Virus record (IMG/VR): IMGVR_UViG_641522639_000001
Coordinates: 2,857-66,856 of that record
Source of the DNA: a virus
Length of the DNA stretch: 64,000 nt
Direction: 5' to 3' (one strand)
The stretch's first letter is position 1. The number at the start of each line of letters is the position of its first letter. Positions 46,956 to 56,935 of the stretch are shown here, one piece after another. The notes under the pieces are model-generated. The model was not told where the DNA came from. It made no database searches and saw nothing but the letters and a program-made list of their open reading frames with translations. The position numbers and the translations under genes were made by a program.

Positions 46956-47519
46956 TCAGAGGTTGAAGTCGCGCCGCAGGACGAAGCGCATGCTGTCGCG
47001 CCAGGACCCGGCCTCGGCGCCCAGCAGCTCGGCGATCGCCGCGGCCCACTCGGGGATCTCGGGCTCCAGGACGGCCAGCGTGAGCGCGTTGGTGGGGATC
47101 TGGTCGAGGACGAGATCCATCGAAAAGGCGACGTCCGCGAGCGCGGTCTTCGAGGCCAGCACGAACCCCGGCGTCGGATCCGACCAGAGCGCGAGCAGCG
47201 TGCCGTCGCTCAGGAAGAACCCGACCTCCCGGATCGCGTACTCGGAGGGGCTCGACGTTTTCGGGACCTCGGCCAGGACCCGGAAGCGCGCCTGGCCGGG
47301 GGCGCCGAGCTTGGCGCCGGAGATCACCGGGACCCGGATCACCTCGGTCTGGAGCGCCGTCGCATCCTTACTGGGCGTATACCCCACGTAGGAGATGCCG
47401 GACGGCACGCCGCGGCCGACCGCGACGCGGTCCACGACGGCCTGGAGGCCGTCGCCCTGCGCGCGCACGCACGCCGCCAGACCGGGCCGCGTGAGGGTGA
47501 GGACAAGAGGGTCAGACAT
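46956..47519 (-). CDS. Tail-collar fibre protein (P2 gpH N-terminal-like)
   Basis: LT..GL, AIREVGFFLSDGTLLALWS. Confidence 0.8.
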   Translation of the reverse strand: MSDPLVLTLTRPGLAACVRAQGDGLQAVVDRVAVGRGVPSGISYVGYTPSKDATALQTEVIRVPVISGAKLGAPGQARFRVLAEVPKTSSPSEYAIREVGFFLSDGTLLALWSDPTPGFVLASKTALADVAFSMDLVLDQIPTNALTLAVLEPEIPEWAAAIAELLGAEAGSWRDSMRFVLRRDFNL

Positions 47520-48180
47520 CGGAGCTCACCAGCGAGAGGCGGAGGACGGAGCGGGCGACGAGGACGCCCACGGCGCCGATCGTGGCGGTGCAGCGCTCCA
47601 GGTTGTCGGCGTAGGCGGCGACTCGGACCCGGGAGCGCGCGACCGCGACGGCGGCGGCGCCGAGCCGCGAGTCCAGGCCGGCGGCCAGAACGAGGTCGAA
47701 GGCGCGGGACACCGGCTTGACCCGCATCACCGTCCCGAAGACCACCTTGACGGTCCGGGGGTCGATCAGCTCCCCGCCCTCGTAGAGCCGCGAGTGGACG
47801 TGGGCGGTCAGCTTGAAGGTGTAGGGGCGGCCCGGGGGGCTGGTCTGCCACCACTCCACGATCTCGGCGTCGATCCCGAAGGCCGAGAGGGCGATCCTCA
47901 TCGCCCGGGGCGTGCCCTTGTAGGCGTGGACCTCCGGTGCGGCCTTGATCGCCGCGCGCCGGATCGGGGCCAGCCAAGGCGGGTCCCAGACGTCGACCGA
48001 CTTCTCCCAGGCGACGTAGGGCTCGATCGCCTCTGGAGTGTTGTCCGGGTCCTTCAGGGCAACGATCTGCGCGGCCTCGGCGGCGCGGTCGTCCAGGCGC
48101 CCGTCCGTATCGGCGTGGGCCCGCTCCCGCGGGGTCGCGTTGCTCGGCAGGAGGTTCGGCCGCTTGACCGGATCAGTCAC
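47512..48180 (-). CDS. Baseplate protein gpI
   Basis: LLPSNAT..ER, YVAWEKSVD.W, H.YKGT and EWWQ..P.GRPYTF. Confidence 0.9.
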   Translation of the reverse strand: MTDPVKRPNLLPSNATPRERAHADTDGRLDDRAAEAAQIVALKDPDNTPEAIEPYVAWEKSVDVWDPPWLAPIRRAAIKAAPEVHAYKGTPRAMRIALSAFGIDAEIVEWWQTSPPGRPYTFKLTAHVHSRLYEGGELIDPRTVKVVFGTVMRVKPVSRAFDLVLAAGLDSRLGAAAVAVARSRVRVAAYADNLERCTATIGAVGVLVARSVLRLSLVSSDV

Positions 48181-49168
48181 CGACCACCTCCACCGTCACG
48201 GCGACGTCCGTGCAGTAGGGGGCGCAGTAGGCAGGGTCGGGCGTGTCCGGGCTGATCGGGTTGCCGTTCACGTCGGCCAGCGGCGAGATCAGGTCCACCT
48301 GCTCGACCAGGATGGCCCCGGAGGCGTCGGGCACGTAGGCGGCCCCGTAGAGCATCTGGAGGAGCTGCGCCGCCCCAGGGCGGTGCTGGCGCTTGGCCTG
48401 GGCCGCGAACCGCTTCGCGGCCTCGGCCTGAACCACGCCGCGGTCCGCGCCGCCGCCGACGTAGAGGACCGCCTCGATCCGGTACGGGATGATGTTCGCG
48501 CTGGAGACGGTCACGAAGTCCGCGAGCGGGCGGCGGTCCTCCGCCCGCAGCGCGGCCTGGACGGTCGCGATCAGGTCGTCGGCGGCGGTCCCGTCGCCCG
48601 TGTTCGCGACGATCGGGACGTGAACGTGCCCGAGGGGCGCGAAGGGCGCCTCGGGCGTGCCGCCGTAGCTCATGGGCCCGTAGGCCGCCGCCGCCTTGAC
48701 CCCGGCGACCCCGAGGGCGAACGAGATGTAGGCGCCCTCCGGGCCGGCGCCGGAGAGGCTTTCGGGCGCGAGCTGGATCCGGGCCCGGAAGTCGTCGTCG
48801 GACTCCCAGTCCGCCGCCGCGTCAGTCTCGAAGACGTAGGTCCGAGGGTTGGCGACCAGCGGCAGGCGGGCAACCGCGGGGGTCTGCGTCGCGCCGAGGT
48901 GGTCGAGGTAGGGCCCCCAGGAGGTCGCGAGCAGGACGGCGCGGGTCGCGTCGTCGTAGGCCGTGTAGACCAGCGTCTCGCGATAGGCGCCCGTCTCCTG
49001 GAGGATCGCGACCGTGTCGGTCGCGAGCGCCCCGACGTCGTAGGGGATGCCCGCCTTGTTGAGGCGGGCGGCCACGTCGGCCATCCGGGCCGCATAGATC
49101 GCGTCGAAGGTCGGCAGCGCCGGCAACGGGGGCAGGCGCGAGAGGTCGATGTCCGTAAAGCGGGTCAC
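48173..49168 (-). CDS. Baseplate protein gpJ
   Basis: IDLSRLP, YLDHLGA, ESDDDFRARIQLAPE..S.AGPEGAY and RPLAD.V.V. Confidence 0.92.
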   Translation of the reverse strand: MTRFTDIDLSRLPPLPALPTFDAIYAARMADVAARLNKAGIPYDVGALATDTVAILQETGAYRETLVYTAYDDATRAVLLATSWGPYLDHLGATQTPAVARLPLVANPRTYVFETDAAADWESDDDFRARIQLAPESLSGAGPEGAYISFALGVAGVKAAAAYGPMSYGGTPEAPFAPLGHVHVPIVANTGDGTAADDLIATVQAALRAEDRRPLADFVTVSSANIIPYRIEAVLYVGGGADRGVVQAEAAKRFAAQAKRQHRPGAAQLLQMLYGAAYVPDASGAILVEQVDLISPLADVNGNPISPDTPDPAYCAPYCTDVAVTVEVVGD

Positions 49169-49191
49169 GCGCGGCTCCGGGGGTTAGACGA

Positions 49192-49611
49192 TCAGGCGAC
49201 GCGCGGCAGCTCTACGGCCAGAGAGCCGTTGACCGCGTAGATGTCGAGGGCGCGCGGTCCTCCCTCGACTGTATAGTCTCCGAGATGACCGCGCGGGCGG
49301 TAGTAGCAGATGACCGAGAACTTGAGCTGGCCCAGCTCGACGGCGTTGACCGTGTTGCCGGTGGCCGAGATCCGCACGACCTTCAGCCGCGGCTCCCAGG
49401 TCGAGATCGCCAGGACCAGCAGCATACGGTAGGCCGACAGCAGGGTCGGCGTGATGCGCCGCCCCAGCAGCTCGGTCAGACCGCCGCCGAACCAGCGGTG
49501 CATGACCCGCTCGCCCAGGCGGGTCGAGAAGATCGTCTGGACCGCCTGGGCGACGTGGGCGAGGTCCCGCGAGGGCTCGCCCGTCCAGCGGTCGAGCCCG
49601 CAGGAGGCCAT
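49192..49611 (-). CDS. Baseplate wedge gpW (gp25-like)
   Basis: G.DRWTG...H..Q....IF.TRLGERV.HRWFG, WEPRL. Confidence 0.88.
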   Translation of the reverse strand: MASCGLDRWTGEPSRDLAHVAQAVQTIFSTRLGERVMHRWFGGGLTELLGRRITPTLLSAYRMLLVLAISTWEPRLKVVRISATGNTVNAVELGQLKFSVICYYRPRGHLGDYTVEGGPRALDIYAVNGSLAVELPRVA

Positions 49612-49614
49612 CGG

Positions 49615-49944
49615 TCAGCCCTCGGCGCTCGGGGCTGCGGGGGCCGGCCCCTGGTCGGCGCCCGCGCGGAACGAGAACGCGGCCGGCTCCGCGCGCAAGC
49701 GCGCTGGCGCCGGGGTCTCATCGGCGGCGACCGGATCCAGCGGCGGCAGCGCCGCCCGCTCGGCCTCCGAGAGGCCGGCGATCGGCTGCGCCTCGGCCTC
49801 GACGGTGGTCGCGACGAGGTGGCCGAGATCGACCTCGTAGGCGACGGCGGCCGGGCGCGCGCGCACCAGATCGCCGGGCTCGACGCGCCGGCCGAGCAGG
49901 TGCGCGGGCGCGGCGTCGGTGACGCGGTAGAGGGTCGAGGTCAT
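49615..49944 (-). CDS. Hypothetical baseplate-region protein
   Basis: Start MTSTLYRV. Confidence 0.55.
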   Translation of the reverse strand: MTSTLYRVTDAAPAHLLGRRVEPGDLVRARPAAVAYEVDLGHLVATTVEAEAQPIAGLSEAERAALPPLDPVAADETPAPARLRAEPAAFSFRAGADQGPAPAAPSAEG

Positions 49945-49961
49945 GCGGGCTCTCCTGGCGG

Positions 49962-50540
49962 TCAGGCTTGCGGAACGTCGGTGGTCTGGCTTCCCGCGAC
50001 CACTCCACCGTGGCGATGGTCCTTGCCGATATTCTTGTCGTCGTGTTTGACCTTGGCGCCCTGGAAGACGTGCTCGCTTCCATCGAAGCTGTAGGTCTTG
50101 CCGTTGACGTCCCAAGTCACCTTGGCCTTCGCCGTAATGTGAATGGTCCCGTTCTTGATCGAGATGTTCACGTCATCTCGGTTGAACAGGACCGTCGTGT
50201 CCGCGTCCGGTGCGGGGTCCGGCCTGTCCTTGGAATGGGCGAAGGGTACGAAGGCGCCCTGCTCCTGGTCGCCGTTGGGCGAGAGCACCCAGCCCTGCTC
50301 GCCGACCTTGGCGCGGTAGGAGGTGACGCCCGTCGCGTCGAGGTTCTGGAGCCACGTCGACTTGTGCGGCTGCCCGTCCGAGCCGCCGTCCAGCTCGACC
50401 CTGACCCCCTTGCCGTGCTCGCTGTCGCTGACCTTGCCGGGGCGGATCAGGTTGGCGACCCGAGTCTTCAGCGCCTCGTGCTCGCGGCGCAGCTCCAAGT
50501 GCGCGTCGAGAAGATCCCTAATGGCGGCTTCGAGGCTCAT
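49962..50540 (-). CDS. Baseplate spike gpV
   Basis: NLIRPGKV, KVGEQ..VLSPNGD, and C-terminal H.H.GV iron-binding tip. Confidence 0.88.
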   Translation of the reverse strand: MSLEAAIRDLLDAHLELRREHEALKTRVANLIRPGKVSDSEHGKGVRVELDGGSDGQPHKSTWLQNLDATGVTSYRAKVGEQGWVLSPNGDQEQGAFVPFAHSKDRPDPAPDADTTVLFNRDDVNISIKNGTIHITAKAKVTWDVNGKTYSFDGSEHVFQGAKVKHDDKNIGKDHRHGGVVAGSQTTDVPQA

Positions 50541-51331
50541 GGGATCGGGGACTCCTGGCCGGCCACCTCGACGAGGTCGCCGCGCACGGTCTCGATCGTG
50601 ATCTGGCTCGCCGGCGGCTCGGCCTCGGCGCCCGGGACGGCGCCCAGGCCGACCCCGCTCATCACCCCGCGGGTCTGCTGAAGGAGCGCCTGGGCCCGCT
50701 GCCAGGGCAGCAGGGTCGAGCCGGTCAGCAGGGACTCCAGGAGGTCCCCGTAGCGCGCGAGCGCGGGGTCCGTGCGCAGCAGGGCCACGAAGGCGTCCCA
50801 GGGCTCCGGGATCGCGTCCGCGCCGCGCTCCGGCTCCTGCATGGGGTCGATGGTGACGATGTTCTGCCGGACGGCGTACTTCACGCCGCGCTCGGCCGAC
50901 CCGCCGCGCCGGCTGGTCAGCCGCTTGGGCCGGGGCGGGCCGCGGAAGACCCGGAACATCTCGGCCCAGGGGTCGGTCGGGTCCTTGAGCGCCTGCTCGA
51001 CCTGCCACGCCATCACGTCGAGAGTCGCCTCCAGGCCCGCGTCCGTGTGCGGGATCTCGACCTCGAACTCCCCGGCCCGGACCTGGACCTGACCGGCGAG
51101 GGTCATCTCGATCACCACGTCGAGGTCGCGCGTCATGGCGCGCGAGGACTCCTTGTCCGGCTCCGCGTCGTCCTGGTCGGTGGAGACGATCAGGACCGGC
51201 TGCGGGCCGGTTTCCTGGGCGACCTGATCCCAGGGGACGATCAGCGAGTCGAAGACCCGGTTCTCGGCCAGGGTACGCCCGGACAGCGCCTTGACGAGGC
51301 AGAGGCGCAGGGCGAGGCAGACGAGGCTCAC
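50537..51331 (-). CDS. Tail terminator/completion protein
   Basis: LALRL...AL...TLAENRVFDS, PVLIVSTD; position. Confidence 0.7.
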   Translation of the reverse strand: MSLVCLALRLCLVKALSGRTLAENRVFDSLIVPWDQVAQETGPQPVLIVSTDQDDAEPDKESSRAMTRDLDVVIEMTLAGQVQVRAGEFEVEIPHTDAGLEATLDVMAWQVEQALKDPTDPWAEMFRVFRGPPRPKRLTSRRGGSAERGVKYAVRQNIVTIDPMQEPERGADAIPEPWDAFVALLRTDPALARYGDLLESLLTGSTLLPWQRAQALLQQTRGVMSGVGLGAVPGAEAEPPASQITIETVRGDLVEVAGQESPIP

Positions 51332-51744
51332 GGGGCCCTCTCCGCGGTCAGCATCAGGAGCAGGCCCCCCGCGTCGTTGGCGCGGGAGACAGCGACCGCG
51401 TAGGCCGCGCCGCCGCGCTCCAGCAGCTCCACGAGGTCGCCCTTGCGGACGGTCCAGGGGATCAGGGCCGCCTGCTCCGTCCCGATCACGACGCAGGTCT
51501 CCGCTCCGGCGACCCGGATCACGCCTTGGAAGCGGGCGCCGATGCCGTGGGCCGCGCCGCGGTCGTCATCGATCTGCGAGCGGCGAGTGTAGCGGCCGAT
51601 GACCTCGACCGGCGTCCCCCGGTCCGGGTCGGGCCCCGGGCCGGTGTACTGGTTCTCGGCCCGCGGGGTGAGGCGCACGGCCTCCCCCCACTGCCGGTCC
51701 ACGGCGGCCGCCACGCGGGCGCGACGCCGTGCGGCGAGCGACAT
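51328..51744 (-). CDS. Head-tail joining (head closure) protein
   Basis: Follows the capsid gene; VD..WGE.V.L.P pattern. Confidence 0.65.
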   Translation of the reverse strand: MSLAARRRARVAAAVDRQWGEAVRLTPRAENQYTGPGPDPDRGTPVEVIGRYTRRSQIDDDRGAAHGIGARFQGVIRVAGAETCVVIGTEQAALIPWTVRKGDLVELLERGGAAYAVAVSRANDAGGLLLMLTAERAP

Positions 51745-51755
51745 GGCGGCGATCC

Positions 51756-52781
51756 TTACGCCGCGACGCCGCGCTGGAGCGCCTGCGGCATCGTGCAGAC
51801 GTACAGGGGATAGCTGTACATCTCCAGATCGAAGTAGGTGTCGCGCTCCAGATCGGGCACCATCCACGAGTATTCGGCCTGACCGAGCGTGTTCACGAAC
51901 TCGAATTTCTCGGCCGGGGCGAGTGCCCGCTGGAAGATGCCGGCGCCAACCGGGAAGAACTTCGCGGTCATGTCCGGTACCGCCACGGTCGAGCTATCGT
52001 CCGTGCCGCGGTAGTTGTGCCACATGATGTTGCCGTACTTGAAGCTGCTGAACGCCTTCATGAAGTCGTTCTGCAACTGCAGGGCCTGCATCGCGTACTT
52101 GTACGTCTCGCGGACCTCCGGGAGCTTGGTCATGGCGTCCCACCAGTTATCGTCCACGACCGCGTGGACGATAACGTTCGTCCCGCCGACGCCCTGAAGG
52201 CGGCGCAGGACTTGGCGGTTCACCTTGTTGCACTGCTCCAGGAACGCACCGTCCTCCGCGCCGGACCCGAACTGGAACGCGAACGGCGCGTCCTGGCTCT
52301 GCCCCAGCTCGTCGTACCAGTCGGTGATGGTCGAGCCGTCCGCGTCCACGACGAGCCCCTGGATCACGCCCAGGCGCATGTGCTCGTGCGTCAGGTCGAA
52401 GTCCTGCTTTATCTTGAGCTGACGGCGGGCGACCTCGCCCTGGAGCTGCTTCAACTCAGTCTCGCTGCCGTAGGCGCGGATGTTCTGAAGCTCGTCCGCG
52501 TAGATCCGGCTGGAGTCGGCCAGACGCACGGTGCGGAACGACCGGGCCTTGCGGCGGTCGCCGCCCTTCTGGGCCGGCGGCGCGCCGCGCGGGCTGGTCT
52601 GGATGAGCGCAGGGGCGTTCAGACGCTCCTCGATCCACACGTCCGTCGTGCGGATCGGGGTGTCCACCATCAGGCCCGGGATGCTGCCGAGGAAGCCGGG
52701 GACGTAGCCCATCCGGTCGACGGCGGCGGTGAGGGACACGGCGGAGAACGCATCGCCGCGGAAGACGTCCATGGTCAGCAT
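51756..52781 (-). CDS. Major capsid protein (lambda gpE family)
   Basis: F...SLTAAV, LIQTSPRGAP, IYADELQ.IR, THEHMRLG.IQG and S.PL..CT.P. Confidence 0.92.
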   Translation of the reverse strand: MLTMDVFRGDAFSAVSLTAAVDRMGYVPGFLGSIPGLMVDTPIRTTDVWIEERLNAPALIQTSPRGAPPAQKGGDRRKARSFRTVRLADSSRIYADELQNIRAYGSETELKQLQGEVARRQLKIKQDFDLTHEHMRLGVIQGLVVDADGSTITDWYDELGQSQDAPFAFQFGSGAEDGAFLEQCNKVNRQVLRRLQGVGGTNVIVHAVVDDNWWDAMTKLPEVRETYKYAMQALQLQNDFMKAFSSFKYGNIMWHNYRGTDDSSTVAVPDMTAKFFPVGAGIFQRALAPAEKFEFVNTLGQAEYSWMVPDLERDTYFDLEMYSYPLYVCTMPQALQRGVAA

Positions 52782-52901
52782 GAGAGCAGTGCCCTTCAAA
52801 CAAAAAGGGCGCCGCTGCTGCGCGCGCCCATGGGGCTACGGGGGAGGGTGGACTTTTGCGGAGGGTGGAAGGCGCGCCGGCCCGGAGGCCGGCGCCCGGG
52901 A

Positions 52902-53573
52902 TCAGCGGACCTTGATGTTCAGGCGGCGAAGCTGCTCGATGCCCTCGGCCTTCTGGGCCGCGGTGATGCCGGCAGGCCAGATCAGGTCGACTCCGCGGAC
53001 CTCGGCGGGGCCGGAGGTGATCGCGGTCGTCACCTGCTCGTCGGCCGCGTTGGAGATGACGCGGTAACCCGCGATGCCGGTGACGTTCTGGCTGCCGTCC
53101 GTGGCCGAGAGGTTCAGGGGCACGAAGCGGCGGTCGCTGGTGCTGCTCTCGACTCCGACCGAGACGGTGAGGGCGTCGCCGGCCACGTAGGCGGTGCCGC
53201 CGGCCGTGATCGTGAACTTGATGTCCTTGGAAAACGCCGCGCCGGTCGCGCCCTTGCCGATGTTCTTCCCCTTCGGGTTGATGACCTCGAAGGTGGTCGC
53301 GGTCAGGAAGACGATCCGGTAGTCGCCGTCGATCGCGGAGGCCAGGACGGGCGTCGTGCCGTCCATCGCGATCGTGCCGTTTCCGGTGTTGCCGGCATCG
53401 GCCGCGGCGGCGGCGGTCGCCTGGGCACCGACCGTGTAGGCGCCGAGGACGGTCCCGGGCAGGAGCGCGGTGTTGACCGGGACCTTCACGGCGTCGCGGG
53501 TCTGGAACGGGCCCTCGCTCTCGCTGACCAGGAAGGTCAGCGAAGCGGGGGTCTCGGTCTGGGTGTAGGCCAT
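52902..53573 (-). CDS. Head decoration protein (lambda gpD-like)
   Basis: FLVSE, LL.GTVLG, G...A..GI, L.WPAGI...K..L..L.I.VR. Confidence 0.8.
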   Translation of the reverse strand: MAYTQTETPASLTFLVSESEGPFQTRDAVKVPVNTALLPGTVLGAYTVGAQATAAAAADAGNTGNGTIAMDGTTPVLASAIDGDYRIVFLTATTFEVINPKGKNIGKGATGAAFSKDIKFTITAGGTAYVAGDALTVSVGVESSTSDRRFVPLNLSATDGSQNVTGIAGYRVISNAADEQVTTAITSGPAEVRGVDLIWPAGITAAQKAEGIEQLRRLNIKVR

Positions 53574-53615
53574 TGGTGCGGACCTTCCGATGAGAGTGAG
53601 GGGCGGGGTGAGGGG

Positions 53616-55061
53616 TTAGCGGACGCCCGGGATGCGGGCCGCTGCCGGCAGGCGCGCGTTCATCCCGGCCACGATCTCGTCCCAGGACGCCGCGGCGTCC
53701 GCCTTGGGGTCCGTCTGAGCGGCCGGGGGCGTGTCGGGGTCGAGGTTCAGGTCGGCGCGCCCGGCCATCCGGGCGTCGAGGCTGGGGCCCGCCGGGGCCG
53801 CAGCCTGGAGCCCCGAGAGGACGCCCTTGGCCGCGTCCAGCGACAGGTCGGTGGAGAGCGCCAGGTGGCGGGCGCTCGCCTCGCGGCCCTTGGCCTCGTC
53901 GCTGCCGAGGATCGCGCCGATGCGCTCCCGCTCGGTACTGGCACCGGCCTTGGTGCCCTCGGTCAGGCCCTCGGCCTTGCCGGCCGCGAAGCTCTCGGCG
54001 CGGGCGGTGTCGAGATCGGACTGGGTGAAGCCCGCAGAGGCGCCGGGCGTGGGGGTGTTGTCGGACATGGAAGCTCCAGTGGGTCGCGACGGGAAGGAGC
54101 GCCCGGCTGCGGGCGCGGCGGAAAGGTCGGCCAGCACCGCGTCGAAGGTGCCGATCGCATCGACGAGGCCCGCCTTGATGGCCTCCTCGCCCATGAAGGT
54201 GCGGGCCTCGGTGTCCCGGATCGCCTGCTCGCTGAGGCCCGGCCGCCCGGCCGCGACCGTCGTGACGAACTTCGCGTAGAAGCCTTCAACCTCCTTCTGG
54301 AGGTCGGCGCGGACCGCGTCGGGCAAGGGTTCGAAGGGGTTCCAGTCGACCTTGTGGTCGCCCGCGAAGATCAGGGTCGGCTTCATCCCCTCGGCCCGCA
54401 GGTACTCGCTGATGTCGAGGTGCATCAGGACGACGCCGATCGAGCCGGCGAGGCCGGTCGGGATCGAGACGATCCGGCTGGCGCCGGAGGCGATCGCGTA
54501 GGCAGCCGAGGAGGCCATGCCGTTGACGAGCGCGGTCACGGACTTCTGGGACGCCACTTGCCGGACGAGCTCGGCCGCCTCGAAGGCGCCGACCGCCTCG
54601 CCGCCGGGGCTCTCCAGGTCGAGCAGGATCGCCTTCGTCCGCGGGTCCGCGGCGGCCATCCGCATCTGGTAGGCGAAGCCCTCGTAGGAGATGAGCCCCG
54701 AGGACGCGCCGACCCAGCCGCCCCGGTTCACCCACTCGCCCACGAGGGTGAGGATGGCGACGCCCTCGGCGGTCCGGCGGAAGGGGAGCGGGCGCTTCGA
54801 ACCATCCTCGGCCAGGGGGTAATCGCCGTAGAAGCGGCTGGCGCGCGGGGTGTGGACCTCGACCGAGCCGTCCGCGCGCTCGTGCCCGCGGAAGATCTGC
54901 AGGCTCTCGCCCGCGTCGTGCTCGATCCCGCCGACGTTGCCGCCCGCGGCCGGGCCGGCGGACATGCGCGAGAGGAGGAAGGCCGAGATCGTCTCGGCGG
55001 TCGCGGGCGCGACGAGAAGCGGCCGGTTGTAGAACCGGCCGGCGATGCGGTGATAGTGCAT
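53616..55061 (-). CDS. S49-family prohead protease (lambda gpC-like) with C-terminal scaffold
   Basis: ILLDLESPGGE, MASSAAYAIASGA and GSIGV motifs. Confidence 0.9.
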   Translation of the reverse strand: MHYHRIAGRFYNRPLLVAPATAETISAFLLSRMSAGPAAGGNVGGIEHDAGESLQIFRGHERADGSVEVHTPRASRFYGDYPLAEDGSKRPLPFRRTAEGVAILTLVGEWVNRGGWVGASSGLISYEGFAYQMRMAAADPRTKAILLDLESPGGEAVGAFEAAELVRQVASQKSVTALVNGMASSAAYAIASGASRIVSIPTGLAGSIGVVLMHLDISEYLRAEGMKPTLIFAGDHKVDWNPFEPLPDAVRADLQKEVEGFYAKFVTTVAAGRPGLSEQAIRDTEARTFMGEEAIKAGLVDAIGTFDAVLADLSAAPAAGRSFPSRPTGASMSDNTPTPGASAGFTQSDLDTARAESFAAGKAEGLTEGTKAGASTERERIGAILGSDEAKGREASARHLALSTDLSLDAAKGVLSGLQAAAPAGPSLDARMAGRADLNLDPDTPPAAQTDPKADAAASWDEIVAGMNARLPAAARIPGVR

Positions 55062-55073
55062 GATGCCTCGCGA

Positions 55074-55325
55074 TCAGCCCGCGGTCGCGCAGAAGCGCGG
55101 CGAGCGGCCGGAAGTCTTCGCCGCACAAAGCTGCTGCTGGCGCAGCATCTCCATGCGGAGCGTCTGAAGGTTCGCTTGCGAGAACCAGACGTCTTCTTCG
55201 ACGTCTCCCTCGCGGAAGCGGATGCGAAGCTCCTGCTGGCCGGCGACCAGGGCGAGGTAGGCGGTGCTCAGCGCCGCCGCGACCGCACAAGAATCGGTCG
55301 GGTCCACGGTCGTGATGTCGGCCAC
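55074..55325 (-). CDS. gpW-like head-to-tail joining protein
   Basis: AL..AYLAL..G...V.F......L; between terminase/portal and protease. Confidence 0.65.
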   Translation of the reverse strand: MADITTVDPTDSCAVAAALSTAYLALVAGQQELRIRFREGDVEEDVWFSQANLQTLRMEMLRQQQLCAAKTSGRSPRFCATAG

Positions 55326-55327
55326 GG

Positions 55328-56932
55328 CTAGTTGTCCTCCTGCACGACCAGCTTGTCGGCCACCGGGTCGGGCGTCGGCGCCGGCCCGTTCTCCGGGAGC
55401 CCGTACTTCGCGCGCAGGCGCATCTCACGGGCGCGCTGCTTGTAGACGTCGTGGACGTCCCCGAGCCCCTGGTCGGCGCAGATCGCCTCGTCGGTCGCGA
55501 CGCCCATGTCCCGGTAGGTCTGCCACGTCTTGGCGGTCTTCAGGTTGTCCGCCTCGGGCTTGGGCGTGCCAGTCCACCGCAGCGTCAGGGCGGGGCGCTT
55601 GGCGAGGAAGCCGGCGACCCCGTCCGGGAACGGCGTGCCGCCGCGCTCGATGTCCTCCTCCAGCCACGCCAGGAAGTGCGGCGTCGAGAAGGGCCCGACG
55701 ATGTTCTCGCGCCGGTAGAGCGTGATCTGGAAGATCTCGCTCGTCGCCATACGGACCGACGAGTAGGTCGCGCCGGAATAGTCGCCGGTGCCGCTCTCGT
55801 AGGTCAGGCCGAGGCAGCGCAGGATCTCGCGCAGAAGGAACAGCGCCAAGTCCTTGAAGTCCGCGCTGCTCTGCGAGGTCGAGTGGAATTCCAGCTCCTG
55901 ACCCGGGAAGAGGTGAGCAAAGCGCCCGTTGATCCCGAGGTCGATGTTGGTGCTCTTGTACCAGCCCTCGTTCATCGCCGCCCAGGCGTCGAAGGCGCTC
56001 ATGCCGTCGCTCGCCATCCGGGCCTGCTCCTGAGGGGTCAGCAGCCCCTTCAGGATCTCCTCGGTCGGCTCGTCGCTCTTGATCGTCGCGGCGAAGACCG
56101 CCTGGATCAGGTTCGCGGTCAGCTTGCTCTCGGTGAGCTGGTCGAAGCGCCGGGCGGTCGCGAGCGCCGCCACCAGGGGCGAGATGCCCCGATACTGCCC
56201 GGGCACGCCGTCGAAGACGTGGACGATCCGGGGGCGCCCATAGCGGTCCCGGGCCTCGACCTCGATCTCCTGCTCGGTCCCGGTCGGGGTATTGCGCCGC
56301 CAGAACCAGTAGCTCGTCGGCATCCAGTCTTCGTCCATCTGGACGCCCTGGACGAGGCGCGGATAGGCCGTGCGCTGCGAGAGCCGGTGCGCCGGGATCA
56401 GCCGGACCTTCGAGCCGTATGCGCCGCCGGGGCGCCGCTTCCAGGCACACTCGCTGACGATCTCCCCCGGGCCGAACCAGGAGCGGAAGGCCGCGGCCTG
56501 CATCTGCGCGAAGGTGCGCCGCCCCTCGATGTCGCACTCGTAGGAGTTCGTGGCCCAGAGGTTAAGGAACCGGGCCTCGGCGCGCGCGCACCAGTCGGTG
56601 GCCTGATCCTCGTCCCAGCCCATGACCTCGGCGTCGAGGGTCAGGCGAGGGCGCAGGCCGACCCCGACCGTGTTCGCGACCGCTTGGTCGATGGCGCCCG
56701 AGATCCAGCCCGAGTTGTGGATGATGTCAAGCGCGCGCCCGGCCGCCCGGGTCCAGGCGGACCGGACGGTGTCGGCCGGATCCCGCGGCATCGGGTTCCA
56801 GCCGCGAAACACCGGGGACGCCTCCCCGCGCATGTAGCCGGGCCACCAGCCGCTCGATGCTTTCGGCCGAGGGCGATCCCCGGACGTCGCGGGCAGAACG
56901 CCGCCCTGCTTGATCCGGGGTACGATCGACAT
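55328..56932 (-). CDS. Portal protein (lambda gpB family)
   Basis: RA.DI.HN, GEI, HVFD...GQYRGIS.L, L.YE..TGDYS.A.YSSVR. Confidence 0.93.
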   Translation of the reverse strand: MSIVPRIKQGGVLPATSGDRPRPKASSGWWPGYMRGEASPVFRGWNPMPRDPADTVRSAWTRAAGRALDIIHNSGWISGAIDQAVANTVGVGLRPRLTLDAEVMGWDEDQATDWCARAEARFLNLWATNSYECDIEGRRTFAQMQAAAFRSWFGPGEIVSECAWKRRPGGAYGSKVRLIPAHRLSQRTAYPRLVQGVQMDEDWMPTSYWFWRRNTPTGTEQEIEVEARDRYGRPRIVHVFDGVPGQYRGISPLVAALATARRFDQLTESKLTANLIQAVFAATIKSDEPTEEILKGLLTPQEQARMASDGMSAFDAWAAMNEGWYKSTNIDLGINGRFAHLFPGQELEFHSTSQSSADFKDLALFLLREILRCLGLTYESGTGDYSGATYSSVRMATSEIFQITLYRRENIVGPFSTPHFLAWLEEDIERGGTPFPDGVAGFLAKRPALTLRWTGTPKPEADNLKTAKTWQTYRDMGVATDEAICADQGLGDVHDVYKQRAREMRLRAKYGLPENGPAPTPDPVADKLVVQEDN

Positions 56933-56935
56933 GGG

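Noticed and set aside
52798-52829. Terminator between decoration and capsid genes (GGGCGC...GCGCCC-TTTTT on the minus strand)
   Set aside because: The stem is short and imperfect, and termination ahead of the most abundant protein is unlikely without antitermination. Noted only.
51729-55331. Very long + strand ORFs (e.g. 1200 aa at 51729, 847 aa at 40531, 785 aa at 57179, 622 aa at 7238)
   Set aside because: They are shadow frames antisense to real genes in high-GC DNA, rich in Arg/Gly/Ala and without motifs.
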